Below are positions 38,179 to 52,324 of a DNA stretch of 64,000 bases, piece by piece. This DNA comes from Octopus sinensis (taxonomy: Eukaryota): the NCBI RefSeq assembly GCF_006345805.1, contig NC_042998.1, positions 52,204,001-52,268,000 on the forward strand, given 5' to 3'. The notes under the pieces were generated by a model, which worked only from the letters and a program-made list of their open reading frames with translations, searched no databases and was not told the DNA's origin. Numbering within the stretch: the first letter of the stretch is position 1; each line of letters begins with the position of its first letter. A program made the translations under genes and the position numbers.

Positions 38179-38555
38179 GGCATAGGAGTGACTGTGTGAT
38201 AAGTAGCTTGCTTACAACCCATATAGTTCCGAGTTTGGTCCCACTGCATGGCACTTTGGGCAAGTGTCTTCTACTATAGCCTCAGGCTGACCAAAGCCTT
38301 GTGAGTGGATTTGGTAGATGGAAACTGAAAGAAGCCCATCGTATATATGTATATATATATGTATGTGTGTGTATATGTTTGTGTGACTGTGTTCGTTCCC
38401 CCAACATCGCTTGACACCCCATGCTGGTGTGTTTACATCCCCGTAACTTAGCGGTTCGGCAAAAGAATAAGTCCTTACAAAGAATAAGTCCTTACAAAGA
38501 ATAAGTCCTGGGGTCGATTTGCTCAACTAAAGGTGGTACTCCAGCATAGTAAAAG
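38178..38555 (+). mobile_element. SINE family A with internal deletion and 18-bp triplication
   Basis: aaagaataagtccttac(a) repeated three times at about 38461-38510; head follows a (TA)n run. Confidence 0.85.
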
Positions 38556-38559
38556 AATA

Positions 38560-38592
38560 TATATATATATATATAAAATATGTATGTATATA

Positions 38593-38654
<62 letters not shown>

Positions 38655-38819
38655 CAAAACTGGGAGGAAGGGAAGTGGAAAGAAACGACGAATCGAATTG
38701 ACCCTGACGCGAACGTGCTGTCAGACAATAATGTAATAAATAAAATATATGCATGCATACATATATATATTTATATATGCATGCATACATATATATTTAT
38801 ATATGTATGTATATATATT

Positions 38820-38851
<32 letters not shown>

Positions 38852-38958
38852 ATATGCATGTATATATATTTATGTGTATATATTTATACATGCATGTATA
38901 TATACATGTAGATGTAGGTACGTACATATATGTTTGTATGCATGCATATATATATACA

Positions 38959-39002
<44 letters not shown>

Positions 39003-39075
39003 AAGCAAATACATATATACATACACATACATACACACACATGCACACACACACACACACATACACAAACTAAAT
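38560..39075. repeat. TA/TG/CA compound microsatellite
   Basis: Visible runs. Confidence 0.9.
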
Positions 39076-39337
39076 ACATATATATTTTTATATATAGCTT
39101 GGCTGTGACTAGTTTTAAAAATACATTTCTTCAGTCGCCTGACTTGCATGATCTATATAAGGATTGCAACTCAGCAATTTTAATGAAGTTCATTGGGTTA
39201 GCTTGGAAAATATGTAGTTTGAGTTTGTGCCAAGATAATAGGACTATATCAGCTATTCTTTCAAGATACACAACTCAAATTCACAGCTCAGAATAAATCA
39301 ATTTATTTAATTCATTTTGTATTGTATCTGTTCATCT

Positions 39338-39510
39338 AAGAGAAAGTATTTAGCAGAGTTTCACACTTGGTAGTCAGGTGGGCCCTAAAGAAACTGAATA
39401 AAGGATTGGTTTACGAGATGTTTGTAAGCCATGTAAAACTGTGTGTGGGGGAAGCAGTATTAGGGTTGACAATGAATTCTGGTGGAAATTTATTGTGCAA
39501 GTAGTAAAGA
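39338..39510 (+). mobile_element. RTE reverse-transcriptase fragment
   Basis: EKVFSRVSHLVVRWALKKL...SIRVDNEF..KFIVQV resembles the RTE RT EKAFDRVP...WWAMRKL...KVRVGNEF segment. Confidence 0.5.
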
Positions 39511-39559
39511 ATTCCTCAGGGTTTTGATATAATTTCACTTCTTTCTATTCTCTCTTTAC

Positions 39560-39962
39560 TCTTTTGACTCTTTTACTTGGTTCAGTCATTTGACTGCGGC
39601 CATGCTGGAGCACCGCCTTTAGTCGAGCAAATCGACCCCAGGACTTATTCTTTGTAATCCTAGTACTTATTCTATCGGTCTCTTTTGCCAAACTGCTAAG
39701 TTACAGGGACATAAGCACACCAGCATCGGTTGTCAAGCGATGTTGGGGGAACAAACACAGACACACATACACATATATATAGATACATATACATATATAC
39801 AACAAGCTTCTTTCAGCTTCTGTCAACCAAATCCACTCACAAGGCTTTGGTCGGCCCGAGGTTATAGTAGAAAACACCTGCCCAAGGTGCCACGCAGTGG
39901 GACTGAATCCAGAACCATGTGGTTGGTAAGCAAGCTACTTACCACACAGCCACTCCTGCGCC
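39560..39962 (-). mobile_element. SINE family A, full length
   Basis: Complete reverse-complement copy from the ctcttttact tail to the caggagtggctgtgtgg head. Confidence 0.9.
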
Positions 39963-40254
39963 TGTACTAAATGGAATAATTCTCCTCACAGAAAATAATG
40001 AAGAATTTCAGAAAAGACTGCTCATGAAATCAAATTTGAAAATATAAAAAGGCTAAATATAAATTCTAGTGCAATCTGGGAAGTTTGATATCTAAGAATG
40101 GAGTTGTCAAGGACTTGATATTGCCTATTAACCTTTTGGTACCAATCTGCCTGAGACTACTTCTGGTTCCATGAAACAAATTCGCTGTTTTAAAGTAATC
40201 TAAATTAATATCTTCCATCAAAATTTCATGTTACTTTATGTAACATGTACCAAG

Positions 40255-40700
40255 TTAATAATGCTTTCAAATTTTGGCACAAGGCCAGCAATTTCGGGAG
40301 AGTGGTAAATTGATTACATTGACCCCAGTACTCTGGTACTTATTTTATTGATCCAAAAATGATGAAAGGCAGAATTGACCTTGGTGGAATTTGAATTCAC
40401 AACATAAAGACAGATGAAATGCCACTAAGCATTTTGCCCTGTGTTCAAATGATTCCGCCAGGTCAATGCCTTACTGATAATAATAATAATGGTTTTAAAT
40501 TTTGGTGCAAGGCCAGAAATTTCAGGAGAGGGGTAAGTAAATTATACCAATCATAGTTGATACTTATTTTATTGACCCCAAAAGGACGAAAAGCAAAGTC
40601 CGACCTTGGTGGAATTTGAACTCAGAATATAAAGACGGATGAAATGCCAGTAAGCATTTTGCCTGGTGTGCTAAGGATTCTGCCACCTTGCTGCCTTGTA
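40255..40700 (-). mobile_element. Two tandem SINE family B copies
   Basis: ttttggcacaaggccagcaat...gaaaggca.a.t.gaccttggtggaatttgaa repeated at 40270 and 40500, separated by (AAT)n. Confidence 0.8.
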
Positions 40701-41253
40701 CCACCAGCTTAATAATGACAAAATTATTATACTAAGTTCTTCATTATTTTCAAACAAAGGCACAATGTATTCAAAGAGAACTATGATAATAAACAGGTTA
40801 AAGCAGTGAGTGCTCAAAAGGATCAGTGGAACCTCTTTGAAAGGCTGGGAGGGAACCAAGCCCTTTGACTTGAATGATTCACAGCAATTGTTAGTGATTG
40901 GAGCGGTCAAGAAAAGAAGTCTACGAACAGCCAGCGGTAGTAGTAGATTTTGTTTTACCAAATTGATTGAATTAGTGCTATAAGTGACTGTAACCAAAGT
41001 ATTGTAGCTAGAATAGGGATATCACAGAATAGGTTCATCAAAATGAGCAAAGACTTGGTCTGTGTGGTTAAGGTGTTTGCTTTGTAGCCATATAGTTCTG
41101 GGTTCAATTCCACTGCATGGCACCTTGGATAAATGTTTTCTACTATTGCCTTATATTAAGTAATAACACAATAACACTCTGTAACACGACTTTTGTTATT
41201 GGGCAGCAACTGTTATTTCTTATTTGCTTACCCTTAGAAAGTATGAAAATGGC

Positions 41254-41475
41254 TTAACCCTTTAGCGTTCAGACTACTTTGTCAAGTGATGTTTATTTAT
41301 TCACATTTTTAAAATTCCGTCATGTAGCTTTGAAATTTTGAGGATGAGATTGTTTATTTTTAAATTAACATTTGTAGGGTAGGGTAGGTGTGAGAGGCTG
41401 AATTTGGCTAGCTTCAACATAAAACAGGTAGAATATTTTGGCCAGATATAGCCGGTTTAAATGCTAATGGGTTAG
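41254..41475. mobile_element. piggyBac-type MITE
   Basis: TTAA|ccctttagcgtt ... aatgctaatggg|TTAG (decayed TTAA). Confidence 0.7.
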
Positions 41476-41956
41476 TATTTCTTTCAAACTTTGCTTTTGT
41501 TAAGGTCAAGCAACTGACAAGCAAATCTGTGATATTAAGTAGAATATTTTCTGTAATGATATTTCTGCTTCAGAAACTCAGCACTGAATCTGACTGAAAT
41601 GTAATGGAAAATAGGTCAGTTTCAAAATATTGATGTCCAGGTCACAAAAGCAAAGTTTGAAGGGAATGGTATTTGTGTCCTTTGATTTCTAGATAGAAGC
41701 AAAGAGGAAATAGCACTTACTGACCAAAAACAAAAGAAAATAAAGTTTTGTTACATAGTGTAATTTGTGAGTGGGATTTAGTAAACAGAAAGTAGGTGGA
41801 AATCCACCATAAATGTGTGTATGTGTATGCGCATGCATGTATGTATGTATGAGTTTCAAAATTTTAACTTTTGGCATAATAAATATCATTTGACACTTTA
41901 ATTTCAATTTTGAGTTTTCTATTTTTCCTTACTTTTGTTTACATTGAAATTTTGCA

Positions 41957-42388
41957 TTGAAGCAATCGAAATATTTTGTTACTATTAAATGTAATTGTGC
42001 AAGGAACAGGGTCTGTCCACTTAATTCTAATTGTAGGCAAAAAAATATCATATACAGATGTAAGATTACCTCAGAAAATAGAGTGTATTTCTATATAGAA
42101 GCTAACTCATATTATATTAAGTCAAGAATTACCAATTATTTAAGTTCGTTTAGGAATAGGAATGAAATGAATATTGCTGGCCTTAGTAAGCTAATATGGG
42201 CACTAAAAGATAGTAACAAAGTATTTTCGATTGCTTGGGAAATAATTACAAAGGCAAAACCTTATGGAATAAGCAATAATAGATGTGACTTTTGTATGGA
42301 AGAAATGTACCAAATTTTCACTTCTAAATTTACTCTTATAAACACTAGACAGGAACAGGCTATGAGATATCCACACTGGACAAAATAA
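41957..42388 (+). mobile_element. Penelope-like element, GIY-YIG endonuclease relic
   Basis: CNCARNRVCPLNSNCRQKNIIYRCKI...FYIEA...GLSKLIWALKD...CDFCMEE; same type as 19700-20095. Confidence 0.8.
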
Positions 42389-43224
42389 ATGCTTTAATGA
42401 TTTAAAGAGACATAACTTATCATCTATAGTAATTATACTAGTTATAATAATGATTGGGATAATTAATGATATTTATACAAATAATACTAATAAATATAAT
42501 TGAAGTAATAATAATAACAATAATATTAATTGACTGTATAAACCCAAAACAAATTAAATACCACTTAATAAATAATGTACTCCACACTGTAAAACGTAAA
42601 CAAAACTGCTACAATTGATTGAAATATAAATAAAATTTTAAAACCACAATTCAACTGTAATACCTGTAGAGGAGATTATAAAATAAGAATTCAATTTGAT
42701 TCAAAAAGTAAGGCTACCACCTTCGACTGAATACCAATTCAAGAAGCTTGTTTGGATTAGTTCACTTTGAAAACATCATAAGTGATGGACCCTTGATGAA
42801 ATTACAGTAACTAGGATGCATAATTGCATACAGAGTAATGTGTAGTTGCTGCAGTAGAAACATATGTCAGCCATTGTTATATACTGCAGAAAAAATTTTT
42901 TAATAAAAACGTTTTGGTTGTAAATTAATCTCCACTCTCCTTGGATTTCAATTATATACTCTACGGAATATTTGCAGTTCTGAATAGGAAGAAGGAATTA
43001 TCCAACAAGTGGAGCTTACAAGTACCAGTATCTTTTTTAAGCCTGAGTATTATGTAATTGGACAGTTGTGGATAGCCAGCATCTATACCATTTTATGAGA
43101 TAATTTGGTATCTGCCAGGATAATTTATCCATTTTATACTCTTTCCAAAGTATGTATTTATATATATACACATATGTGGTGGTAGAACAATGTAGTTGAT
43201 AGAGTCATTATATCTATGTGTGTG

Positions 43225-43275
<51 letters not shown>

Positions 43276-43457
43276 CATTACGTTATATAATTAGGGTTCA
43301 GTAAAATAATTCACGTGAATTATTTTTGAGTATACATTGTCTGGGAGACTTTTCTTATAGTAGAAGAAATAGCTAAGATTTTTTGGCTGCTATTTCTAAA
43401 AGTTCAGTGTGTGGTAAAGTAAATTATTTTACTGAACCCTAATTATATAACGTAATG
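43276..43457. mobile_element. 182-bp MITE with perfect 36-bp inverted termini
   Basis: cattacgttatataattagggttcagtaaaataatt (43276-43311) is the exact reverse complement of 43422-43457. Confidence 0.85.
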
Positions 43458-43548
43458 CTTTAAATATACCGTAAATGGTCTTTTTACATACTGAAGACTG
43501 CTTGGTAAAATTAATTAATAATTAACTAATTTTACCCTTTTATTATTG

Positions 43549-43583
<35 letters not shown>

Positions 43584-43630
43584 TAAATGTATACATAAGT
43601 ACATATGTATGTATATGTGTGCGTGTGCAT

Positions 43631-44037
43631 ATAGGTGCAAGAGTGGCTGTGTGGTAAGTAGCTTGCTTACCAACCACATGGTTCCGGGTTCAGTCCTACT
43701 GCGTGGCACCTTGGGCAAGTGTCTTCTACTATAGCCTCAGGCCGACCAAAGCCTTGTGAGTGGATTTGGTAGACGGAAATTGAAAGGAGCTTGTCGTATA
43801 TATGTATATATACATATGTGTGTATACGTTTGTGTGTCTGTGTTTGTCACCCCAACATCACTTGACAACCAATGCTGGTGTGTTTACGCCACTGTAACTT
43901 AGTGGTTCAGCAAAAGAGACCGATAGAACAAGTACTAGGCTTACAAAGAATAAGTCTTGGGGTCGATTTGATCAACTAAAGGCGGTGCTCCAGCATGGCT
44001 GCAGTCAAATGACTAAAACAAGTAAAAGAGTAAAGAG
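43631..44037 (+). mobile_element. SINE family A, full length
   Basis: Head with A/B boxes, internal TA/TG run, tail gtaaaagagtaaagag. Confidence 0.9.
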
Positions 44038-44429
44038 TATATCATTAAACATTTGTTATTTTTGATACAATCTAATATCTTTGTAATAGGTTCTTAGTTC
44101 ACTTTTCTCTTTTCCAAGTTAATTCAGGTTTTAAAGTAAACACTTACTCAAGCATAAAATACTTTAGTATTTTTAAAAAAAGATTCTTATGGTGGATATA
44201 CTTAGTTAAAGCAATTACTACACGACCTACAGTGTTCCATAACATGCATAACTGAAGTAAAACAAATTCATTAAAGCTATTTTCAAATCATTCTCCAAAT
44301 AAAATTATAAATTATAGGAAATAAATTATTATGCTTTTTTGGAAGGCATTAGCCTTGAGCTTAATGTGCAAGACAGTGTGTATAAGAAAATATAGACTGG
44401 TTGATGGCAGAGGTAAATTTTGGAAGAGG

Positions 44430-44977
44430 ATAATATAAAGCAAACATGAGTGTCACCCTGGGAAATGTGGTATTGTGTATTGAGAGTTCATCACCCAAAG
44501 CTAGACCATCAATTGAGAGTCCTATTGAGATATTTTGAAGTGCTTGAGGGAGGACATTTGGTAAAAGTGACTGGATCTGTGGAGCATGAAGAATTGGTTT
44601 CTTCATGATAACAATGCACCTTATCCCCAAGCTTGCTTTACTCATGAATTTCTCACCAAAAACAATATGGTATCACATCTGTATCTGTCCTATTCCCCAG
44701 ATTTAGCACCCGTGGACTTCCATCTCTCCCTCAAAATGAAAATGCAACTCAAAGGTCACCATTTTAACACTGCTGTCAAGATCCAGAGCAAATCACAAAG
44801 GTCCTTGAGTCACAGGAAACGACTTCTAGGTTGAATTCCAAAAGTGACAGGGATGCTGGGACTGGTGTATTGCTTCACAAGGTGACTATTTTGAAGGAGA
44901 TGCTGTTAAAACTTAGGTAAATAATTTATTTTTTATCAAACATAACTAGACTGGGAACCTTTTGATACCACCTCATA
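44430..44977 (+). mobile_element. mariner transposase C-terminal relic with right TIR
   Basis: WFLHDNNAP...YSPDLAPVDFHL..KMKMQLKGHHF; end gaaccttttgataccacctca+TA. Confidence 0.8.
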
Positions 44978-45006
44978 TAGAATTGTCTTAAACAATATAT
45001 TTGTCC

Positions 45007-45260
45007 GCTTCTTAAAAAGAAAAAAGAAAGATGGTGTGTTGGCAGAAACGTTGGCACGCCGAGCAAAATGCTTAGCGATATTTCGTCTGCCCTTACATTC
45101 TGAGTTCAAATTCCGCCAAAGTCGACTTTGCCTTTCATCCTTTTGGGGTCGATTAAATAAGTACCAGTTACGCATTGGGGTAGATGTAATCGACTTAATC
45201 CCTTTGTCTGTCCTTGTTTGTCCCCCATATGTTTAGCCCCTTGTGAGCAATAAAGAAATA
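45007..45260 (+). mobile_element. SINE family B with 13-bp TSD
   Basis: TSD aatatatttgtcc at 44994-45006 and 45261-45273. Confidence 0.85.
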
Positions 45261-45589
45261 AATATATTTGTCCTCTTTTTCTATATGGTATGAAATAGAT
45301 TGAGAGGGATTCATCACCTATTTCTAGCAGGCTAAGTGACTTCATAGAAGCGTCCTCCCTCACATGTCTTGATATGGACAAAGTTGTTAACGTTTCATAT
45401 ACCAGATTTAATATGAATTCTGCCTAGTGGCACATATTTCAATCATGTGGAAGATGAAAGAACACACAAGGAGAATACGTTAATCTTACTCAAAGATAAT
45501 GCTGTGTAGTTAAGAAATTTGGTTTGGAACTACACAGCCATAAGTCAGCCAGTACTCTGTGAATGGAATGTGGTAGATGGAACATGTAA

Positions 45590-46500
<911 letters not shown>

Positions 46501-47109
46501 TGTGTGTGTATGCATGTGTATCTATTGCCAATGTATATCAGTGAAAGATATAAAGATTGGTTCGAAAATCTTAAAAAGAAAAAAGAAAGAACAACAGCAA
46601 CAACAACCACCACAACAACAACAACAGTGTTTCTTCAGCAATGAGCTCCATTGATATATTTGTTCTGCAGACATTCTTTTGTAAACTCTCATTGTAAGAA
46701 ATAAATGCAGCGAATCCGTGATCTATTTGAAACCTGCAACTAACAAAGCTATTCTTTACCAATTGTGAAATAGTGAAATAAATGAAAAATAAATAAATTT
46801 CTGTAATTATATTATTGATCTTTGTTTTTACATAGACACAAAGCCATAGGTTTATAAATTGAGAGAGAAATGAGATGCTATGATATTTATGCTTTTAGTA
46901 AATCTCGTTGGTGAAATTCCTAAGTAAATTAAAAGCACATAACACAACAGAAGTTAGTACAGCTGTACCTAGAACGTACTTAATGCCTGCCTCTATAATG
47001 CCACATTACCGTATCCTATATTAGTGCTTATATTATATTGTATTATATTGTTACGTTACAATGTGAAGCAATGCATGATACATGCTAAAGCCAAACAGTT
47101 ATTTTCTTT

Positions 47110-47219
47110 AGCTATCATCATCAGCATCACCATCACCACCCTCATCCTCATTATCATCATCATCCTCATTCATCACCCTCATCATCATCATCATCACCCT
47201 CATCATAATCATCATCATC

Positions 47220-47251
<32 letters not shown>

Positions 47252-47326
47252 CACCACCACCATCACCATCACCATCATCATCATCATCATCACCACCACC
47301 ACCATCACCATCACCATCATCATCAC

Positions 47327-47391
<65 letters not shown>

Positions 47392-47442
47392 CATCATCAT
47401 CATCATCACCACCACCACCATCACCATCACCATCATCATCAC

Positions 47443-47507
<65 letters not shown>

Positions 47508-47575
47508 CCACCACCACCACCACCACCACCACACCACCACCACCACCACCACCACCACCACCCTCCTCATCATCA
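47110..47575. repeat. (CAT)n/(CAC)n compound microsatellite
   Basis: Visible run; source of the poly-His ORF 47024-47590. Confidence 0.95.
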
Positions 47576-47989
47576 TATTATTGTTATTAAGTCATCAGAG
47601 CAGTAGAGTTGTTAAAGGGTCTGGTAAAATGTTTAGCAGCATTTCATCTTCACGCTCTGAGTTCAGATTCCATTGAGATAGACTTTGCTTTGCGTCCTTT
47701 CAAGGTTGATGACACAAGTACCAATCAAGCCCTTGTGGGGGTCCATGTAAATGATTAGCACCTGCCCCCAAATTTTCAAGCCTTGTGCCTATTTAAAAAA
47801 AATTTTATTTATTTATCTTAACATTTCATTTTATGTAAACCCCAACACTTTATGTCTGTTTTGTATTGTCCTCCTCATCCTTCACCTCCTCATTGTATTG
47901 TCCTCATCATCATCATCAACATGGCTGCTGATGTATTTGACTTACTCCTTCTACTGAAATTACTGGCCTTGTGTCAAGATTTGAAATCA

Positions 47990-48095
47990 TTCTTCTTCTT
48001 CTTCTTCTTCTTCTTCTTCTTCTTCTTCTTCTTCTTCTTCTTCTTCTTCTTCTTCTTCTTCTTCTTCTTCTTCTTCTTCTTCTTCTTCTTCTTCT
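47990..48095. repeat. (TTC)n microsatellite
   Basis: About 35 perfect units. Confidence 0.95.
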
Positions 48096-48654
48096 ACTTT
48101 GAGTGAGAGAGCAGTGCATGCCATCAAAGTGACATTGGGGTAAAATATACAAAGCCCAATATGCCCATCATGACTACACATCTGATAAGGGTACACAGGG
48201 CACATGCATCACAACCACATATGCATTACATGGTGATTTCATATCAGATTAATAGCGCATGACCTTGCAGGTGGGCCCCAGTTAGAATTTTTTTCAGGTC
48301 AAGTAGCCCATCCTGCTCAAAAGGTCCCTGAATAAGGATTCTTTAAGGATGTTGAACGAAACACCCATGTTTCCAAAGGCGAATTACCCAAACCCCAAAG
48401 AATTCCTCTCAACACATGGCTATGATGCTCCCCCAGTACTTCTGCTCATGATCAGAGATGCACATAATGCCAGCAACTAAGGGACACACTCCACTGGGTA
48501 AGGTCAAACAAATGACAAGCAAATCTGTGGTATTGAGCAGAATATTTTATGCAAAGACAAAACAATGTACATGATAACACTTTCAATCAGTTAAGATGAA
48601 AAGCCATGAGAGTCACTGCCTGATACAGCATCAGAATATTTATTACTATTATCA

Positions 48655-49045
48655 TTATTACCTCTGCCAAGGAAGGAGGTTATGTTTTCATCGGCGTTGG
48701 CTTGTGCATCTGTCTGTCTGTGAGCAAAATAATTCAAAAAGTTGTGAACGGTATTTGATGAAACTCGCAGAAAAAGTTGGTAATGACAGAAGAAACAGAT
48801 GATGAAATTTTGGTAGGGATCAAGGAATTTTTATGGATTCTTGAAGGATTTTTCATTTGTTATATCTACTTTACATGAATATTACAATCTTACGTTCTTT
48901 GATTATCTCCCTTGAAAACACGTTCATCGTTTCCACGTAACCTATGGTGGCGTTGCTGTTTCCAAAGTTTATTTTCGTTCCTCTATTAGTAATTTTACTC
49001 ATGTAGCTATCTTAAAATGAACTGCTTGTTGGAGGTCTGCGGAGG
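48655..49045 (+). mobile_element. Helentron/HINE-like non-autonomous element
   Basis: ttattacctctgccaagg..ggaggttatgttttc start and ..gcttgttggaggtctgcg end; same ends as 50093-50820. Confidence 0.55.
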
Positions 49046-49049
49046 ATGA

Positions 49050-49300
49050 CATGACAAGCCTTGACTATTGGAATCGACTCAGAAAGCTCAGGCTTTGCTC
49101 CCTCCACTGCTGCTGTGAGCTCTATATCATCTGTATGATGTGGAAAATATTCCATCAGCATTGCTCATCTTTAAAATTCACCCGAGGCTTGGCCCCCGTG
49201 CCATCCATCCACTACAGAAATGTTCATGTCATATCACAACCCTATGACAGAACTATTTCCCTTCAATTGCCCTGCTCTCTTTAATGTTGTGCCAGACACA
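49050..49300 (+). mobile_element. CR1/L2-type LINE C-terminal fragment
   Basis: LDYWNRLRKLRLCSLHCCCELYIICMMWKIFHQHC resembles the L..YWERLKKL.LYSL.RRRERY.IIY.WKI motif. Confidence 0.6.
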
Positions 49301-49695
49301 CATAAAGGAGGAAAGTGACTTCACAGCATTGAAACAATCCCCAGATGATTACCCCCAACAAATACCAACAAAAACCAACCACACCCAGACATGTCTCTGA
49401 AAACAATAACCCTCTGCTTGAATGGGCTACGGTTCCCCAGAGCTGACTGTGTATCTCTTCCAGGTGATGCTATTAAATTAGACATGGCCTGAGTCAACTT
49501 TGGTCGAAACTTATCTAAGTGATCTAATCTATGCTGTAACCTTTTAATCAAAGCATAACAACATGGGTGGAGGCTGATATCTTAACATTTCTGATGGTCT
49601 TAAGTATAAAAAATTATTAAAGATTTATATAGAACTACATTCAGAGTTTGTCTATAAGCTATTGTGTTTAGACCTCAAACTGTTCTGTTTTGTAG

Positions 49696-49793
49696 ATGCA
49701 ATTTTTCTTTTATAAAGCACTCCAAAATTAGAAAAATCAAAAATCTGCAACAATCTCAGTCTCATGAGTATCAGATAATGGATTTTCAACTGT
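49696..49793 (+). CDS. Weak candidate exon
   Basis: ctgttctgttttgtag| then open frame CNFSFIKHSKIRKIKNLQQSQSHEYQIMDFQL, donor T|gtaaag (phase 2 to 1). Confidence 0.25.
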
Positions 49794-50092
49794 GTAAAGA
49801 AACTGATTGTGGTGATCATAGTTTTGATGGGGACTGTGATGAAAGCAGAGACAGTATTGATGATGATGATGGTTGAGATAAGTATGGGAGGAGGATAAAA
49901 TAGTATCGGTGGTTATAATGGCGACAGGAGCAGTGTGATGTGTGATGCTGAGGTGATTGTGGTAATAGTGGTGTTGATGATAGTGTTAGTTGTGTGATGG
50001 TGGTATTGTAGTGGTTATACTGTGTGGTACTTCAGATGATTCCTGTTTTTAAAGGGTTTTTTTAAAAATCATATGGCTGTGTTTTTTTTTTT

Positions 50093-50820
50093 TACTCCCG
50101 CCTAGGAGGTTATGTTTTTGCCGACGTTGGTTTGGGAAATTGGGCGATTTTCAGCATGCGTGTATATGGGTTGAAATGAACTGCTTGGTGGAGGTCTGCG
50201 CTCTCCGAATGTTTTTCTAGTTATTATTATCTCCACCTTATCGAAGGCAGAGGTATTGTTTTCAGTCAAATTTGTTTGTTTGTATGTTTGTCCGTGGACA
50301 AGATATCTCAAGAACTGCTCAATGGATTCGGATGAAACATTAAAGGATGTTTGGCCTCGTGACTGGCACAAACTGATTAGGTTTTGGGATCGATCTGGTA
50401 CTGGACAAAGATTCTGGATTATTTGTTATATTTACTTTACTTTACATGATTACAATCTTATGTTAACTTTCAAGTTTTTCTCAATTATCTCCCTTTAGGC
50501 TGTAACTATTTTGAATGGTGAGTTTGTTAACTTTGGCTTGTATTAGATAAAGATGAACTGTTACTAAATTTTCTACAGCCACCTTCACATTCCATGACTA
50601 CCATTGGGATTGATCAGGTACTGGACAAGGCTTCTAGATTATTTTTAGAATTTTAAATTTAATTTTTGAGAGCAGTCGGATTCATTTTTAGTATTCTCGT
50701 TTGTGAGAGCAGTTGAGTTTATTTCAGATATTCTCATTTTAAAAAGGATCTCTGTCTAATCATTGACAAGAAGTTGGTGTTGCCTTGGTGGAGGTTTGCA
50801 CTCTCTGAGTGCTCTTACTG
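50093..50820 (+). mobile_element. Two adjacent Helentron/HINE-like elements
   Basis: 50093-50221 ends ggtggaggtctgcgctctccgaatgtttttctagt; 50226-50820 ends ccttggtggaggtttgcactctctgagtgc. Confidence 0.55.
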
Positions 50821-51031
50821 TTATTATTAAGGTAATGAACTAGCAGAACTGTATGCATGCCTGGGAAAATGTTTAATGGCATTCTATCTGTTTTCATGCT
50901 CTGAGTTCAAATTCTGCTGAGGTTAACATTTCATCCTTCCAGGGTTGATGAAAGAAGTACCAGTTAAGCACTGGGTTTGTTATAATCAACTAGCACCCTC
51001 TCCGCAAAAATTTCCAGGCCTTGTAGAAAGA

Positions 51032-51115
<84 letters not shown>

Positions 51116-51670
51116 CAGCAAACTGGCAGAATTGTTAGCATGCTGGGCAAAACACTGAAACAAGTAAAAGAATAAAAGAATACCAGAAAAACGTTCCGTA
51201 TCACTAAACCAAGAAGGTTCTTTGAATATGTACAATATATTTTAAGGTTAACTAGTAATTCCATTTACATTTGTGTAACTGAGATATTTTAGTTGGATTA
51301 TACAGTCATTGGTGCTACATTACTTTCTATATTTTGTAACAATCACAATATACTTTTCTAGGCCAGAAATTTTTTTGGGGGGGGGGAGGCAGTTGATTAG
51401 ATCGACTCCAGTACACAACTGGTACTTAATTTATCAACCCCAAAAGGATGAAAGGTAAAGTTGACCTTTGCCAGAATTTGAACTCAGAATGTAAAGACAG
51501 TCATAATATGCAAACATTTCTCATGGCACCAGAACACTGTTTACAGATGCTTACATATTTTATGTTTTCCATGAATGTTTCACAGGTTCAGCAAATTATT
51601 ATTATTATTATTATTTTATTATAATAAAACTATTGAATAATAAGTAATTAGCATTTTCTGTTCTTTGAAG

Positions 51671-51756
51671 ATGCTACTGAATTTAGTTGGAGAGGGGTAG
51701 CTTCTCAGATGTTGGGGAATATATTACTGCAGCTTAAATTCATATCTCACAGATAA
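51671..51756 (+). CDS. Weak candidate exon (possibly terminal)
   Basis: cattttctgttctttgaag| phase 1, ATEFSWRGVASQMLGNILLQLKFISHR*; alternative donor GGG|gtagct. Confidence 0.3.
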
Positions 51757-52324
51757 TCAGCAATTCAGTAATAATTTTCACAAATATATTCTGTAAATCT
51801 AATTGAATAGAAAAACAGTACAAATTTTCTCTCAGATTCCAGAACTATTGATTGCAGAGTTACAATAGGGTCAAATACTTGGTCTTTTGTGGTTATATAT
51901 ATGTATGTGTGTGTGTGTATTAATGAAAGTATACAATATTATAGATCCATTTCAGCTGATCTTACCAATTGGTTTCGCACTGGATATTAGTAACAAGCTG
52001 GTTAGCTAATACCCCATACTCTTCAGAGATGGTGAGTATGGAAAAAAATATGGTGGCTACATAGTTAGCTGCCTTTTTGTCTAATATCTTGTTATGTAAT
52101 ACCTAGTGAGAAACTGATTTGTAAGAGTGGCTGAAATGGGTCTCTAATACTGTATACTTGGATTAATATACCCATTCTACTGACAAATATATGAGTCCAT
52201 ATTTTTTAAACTTATGAATTCTTATATGTTTCTCTTTCTCTCTTTCTGTGTGTGTGTGTTTGAGACAGAGAAAGTGTGTATGTGTGTGTGGGAGAGAGTG
52301 TATGTGTGTGTACACACACATTCT

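Noticed and set aside
42770-42825. Possible hammerhead downstream of the GIY-YIG relic (gtgatgg...gatgaaattacagtaac)
   Set aside because: Core and stem II too degenerate to support
47024-47590. 188-aa poly-His ORF, and similar His/Asp/Ser-rich ORFs at 29983-30525, 60811-61634 and 62019-62324
   Set aside because: Translations of CAT/CAC/CCT microsatellites, which are stop-free in several frames; no evidence of real coding
50498-50520. Apparent 19-nt exon ccctttag|...|gtgagt
   Set aside because: Lies inside a Helentron-like repeat
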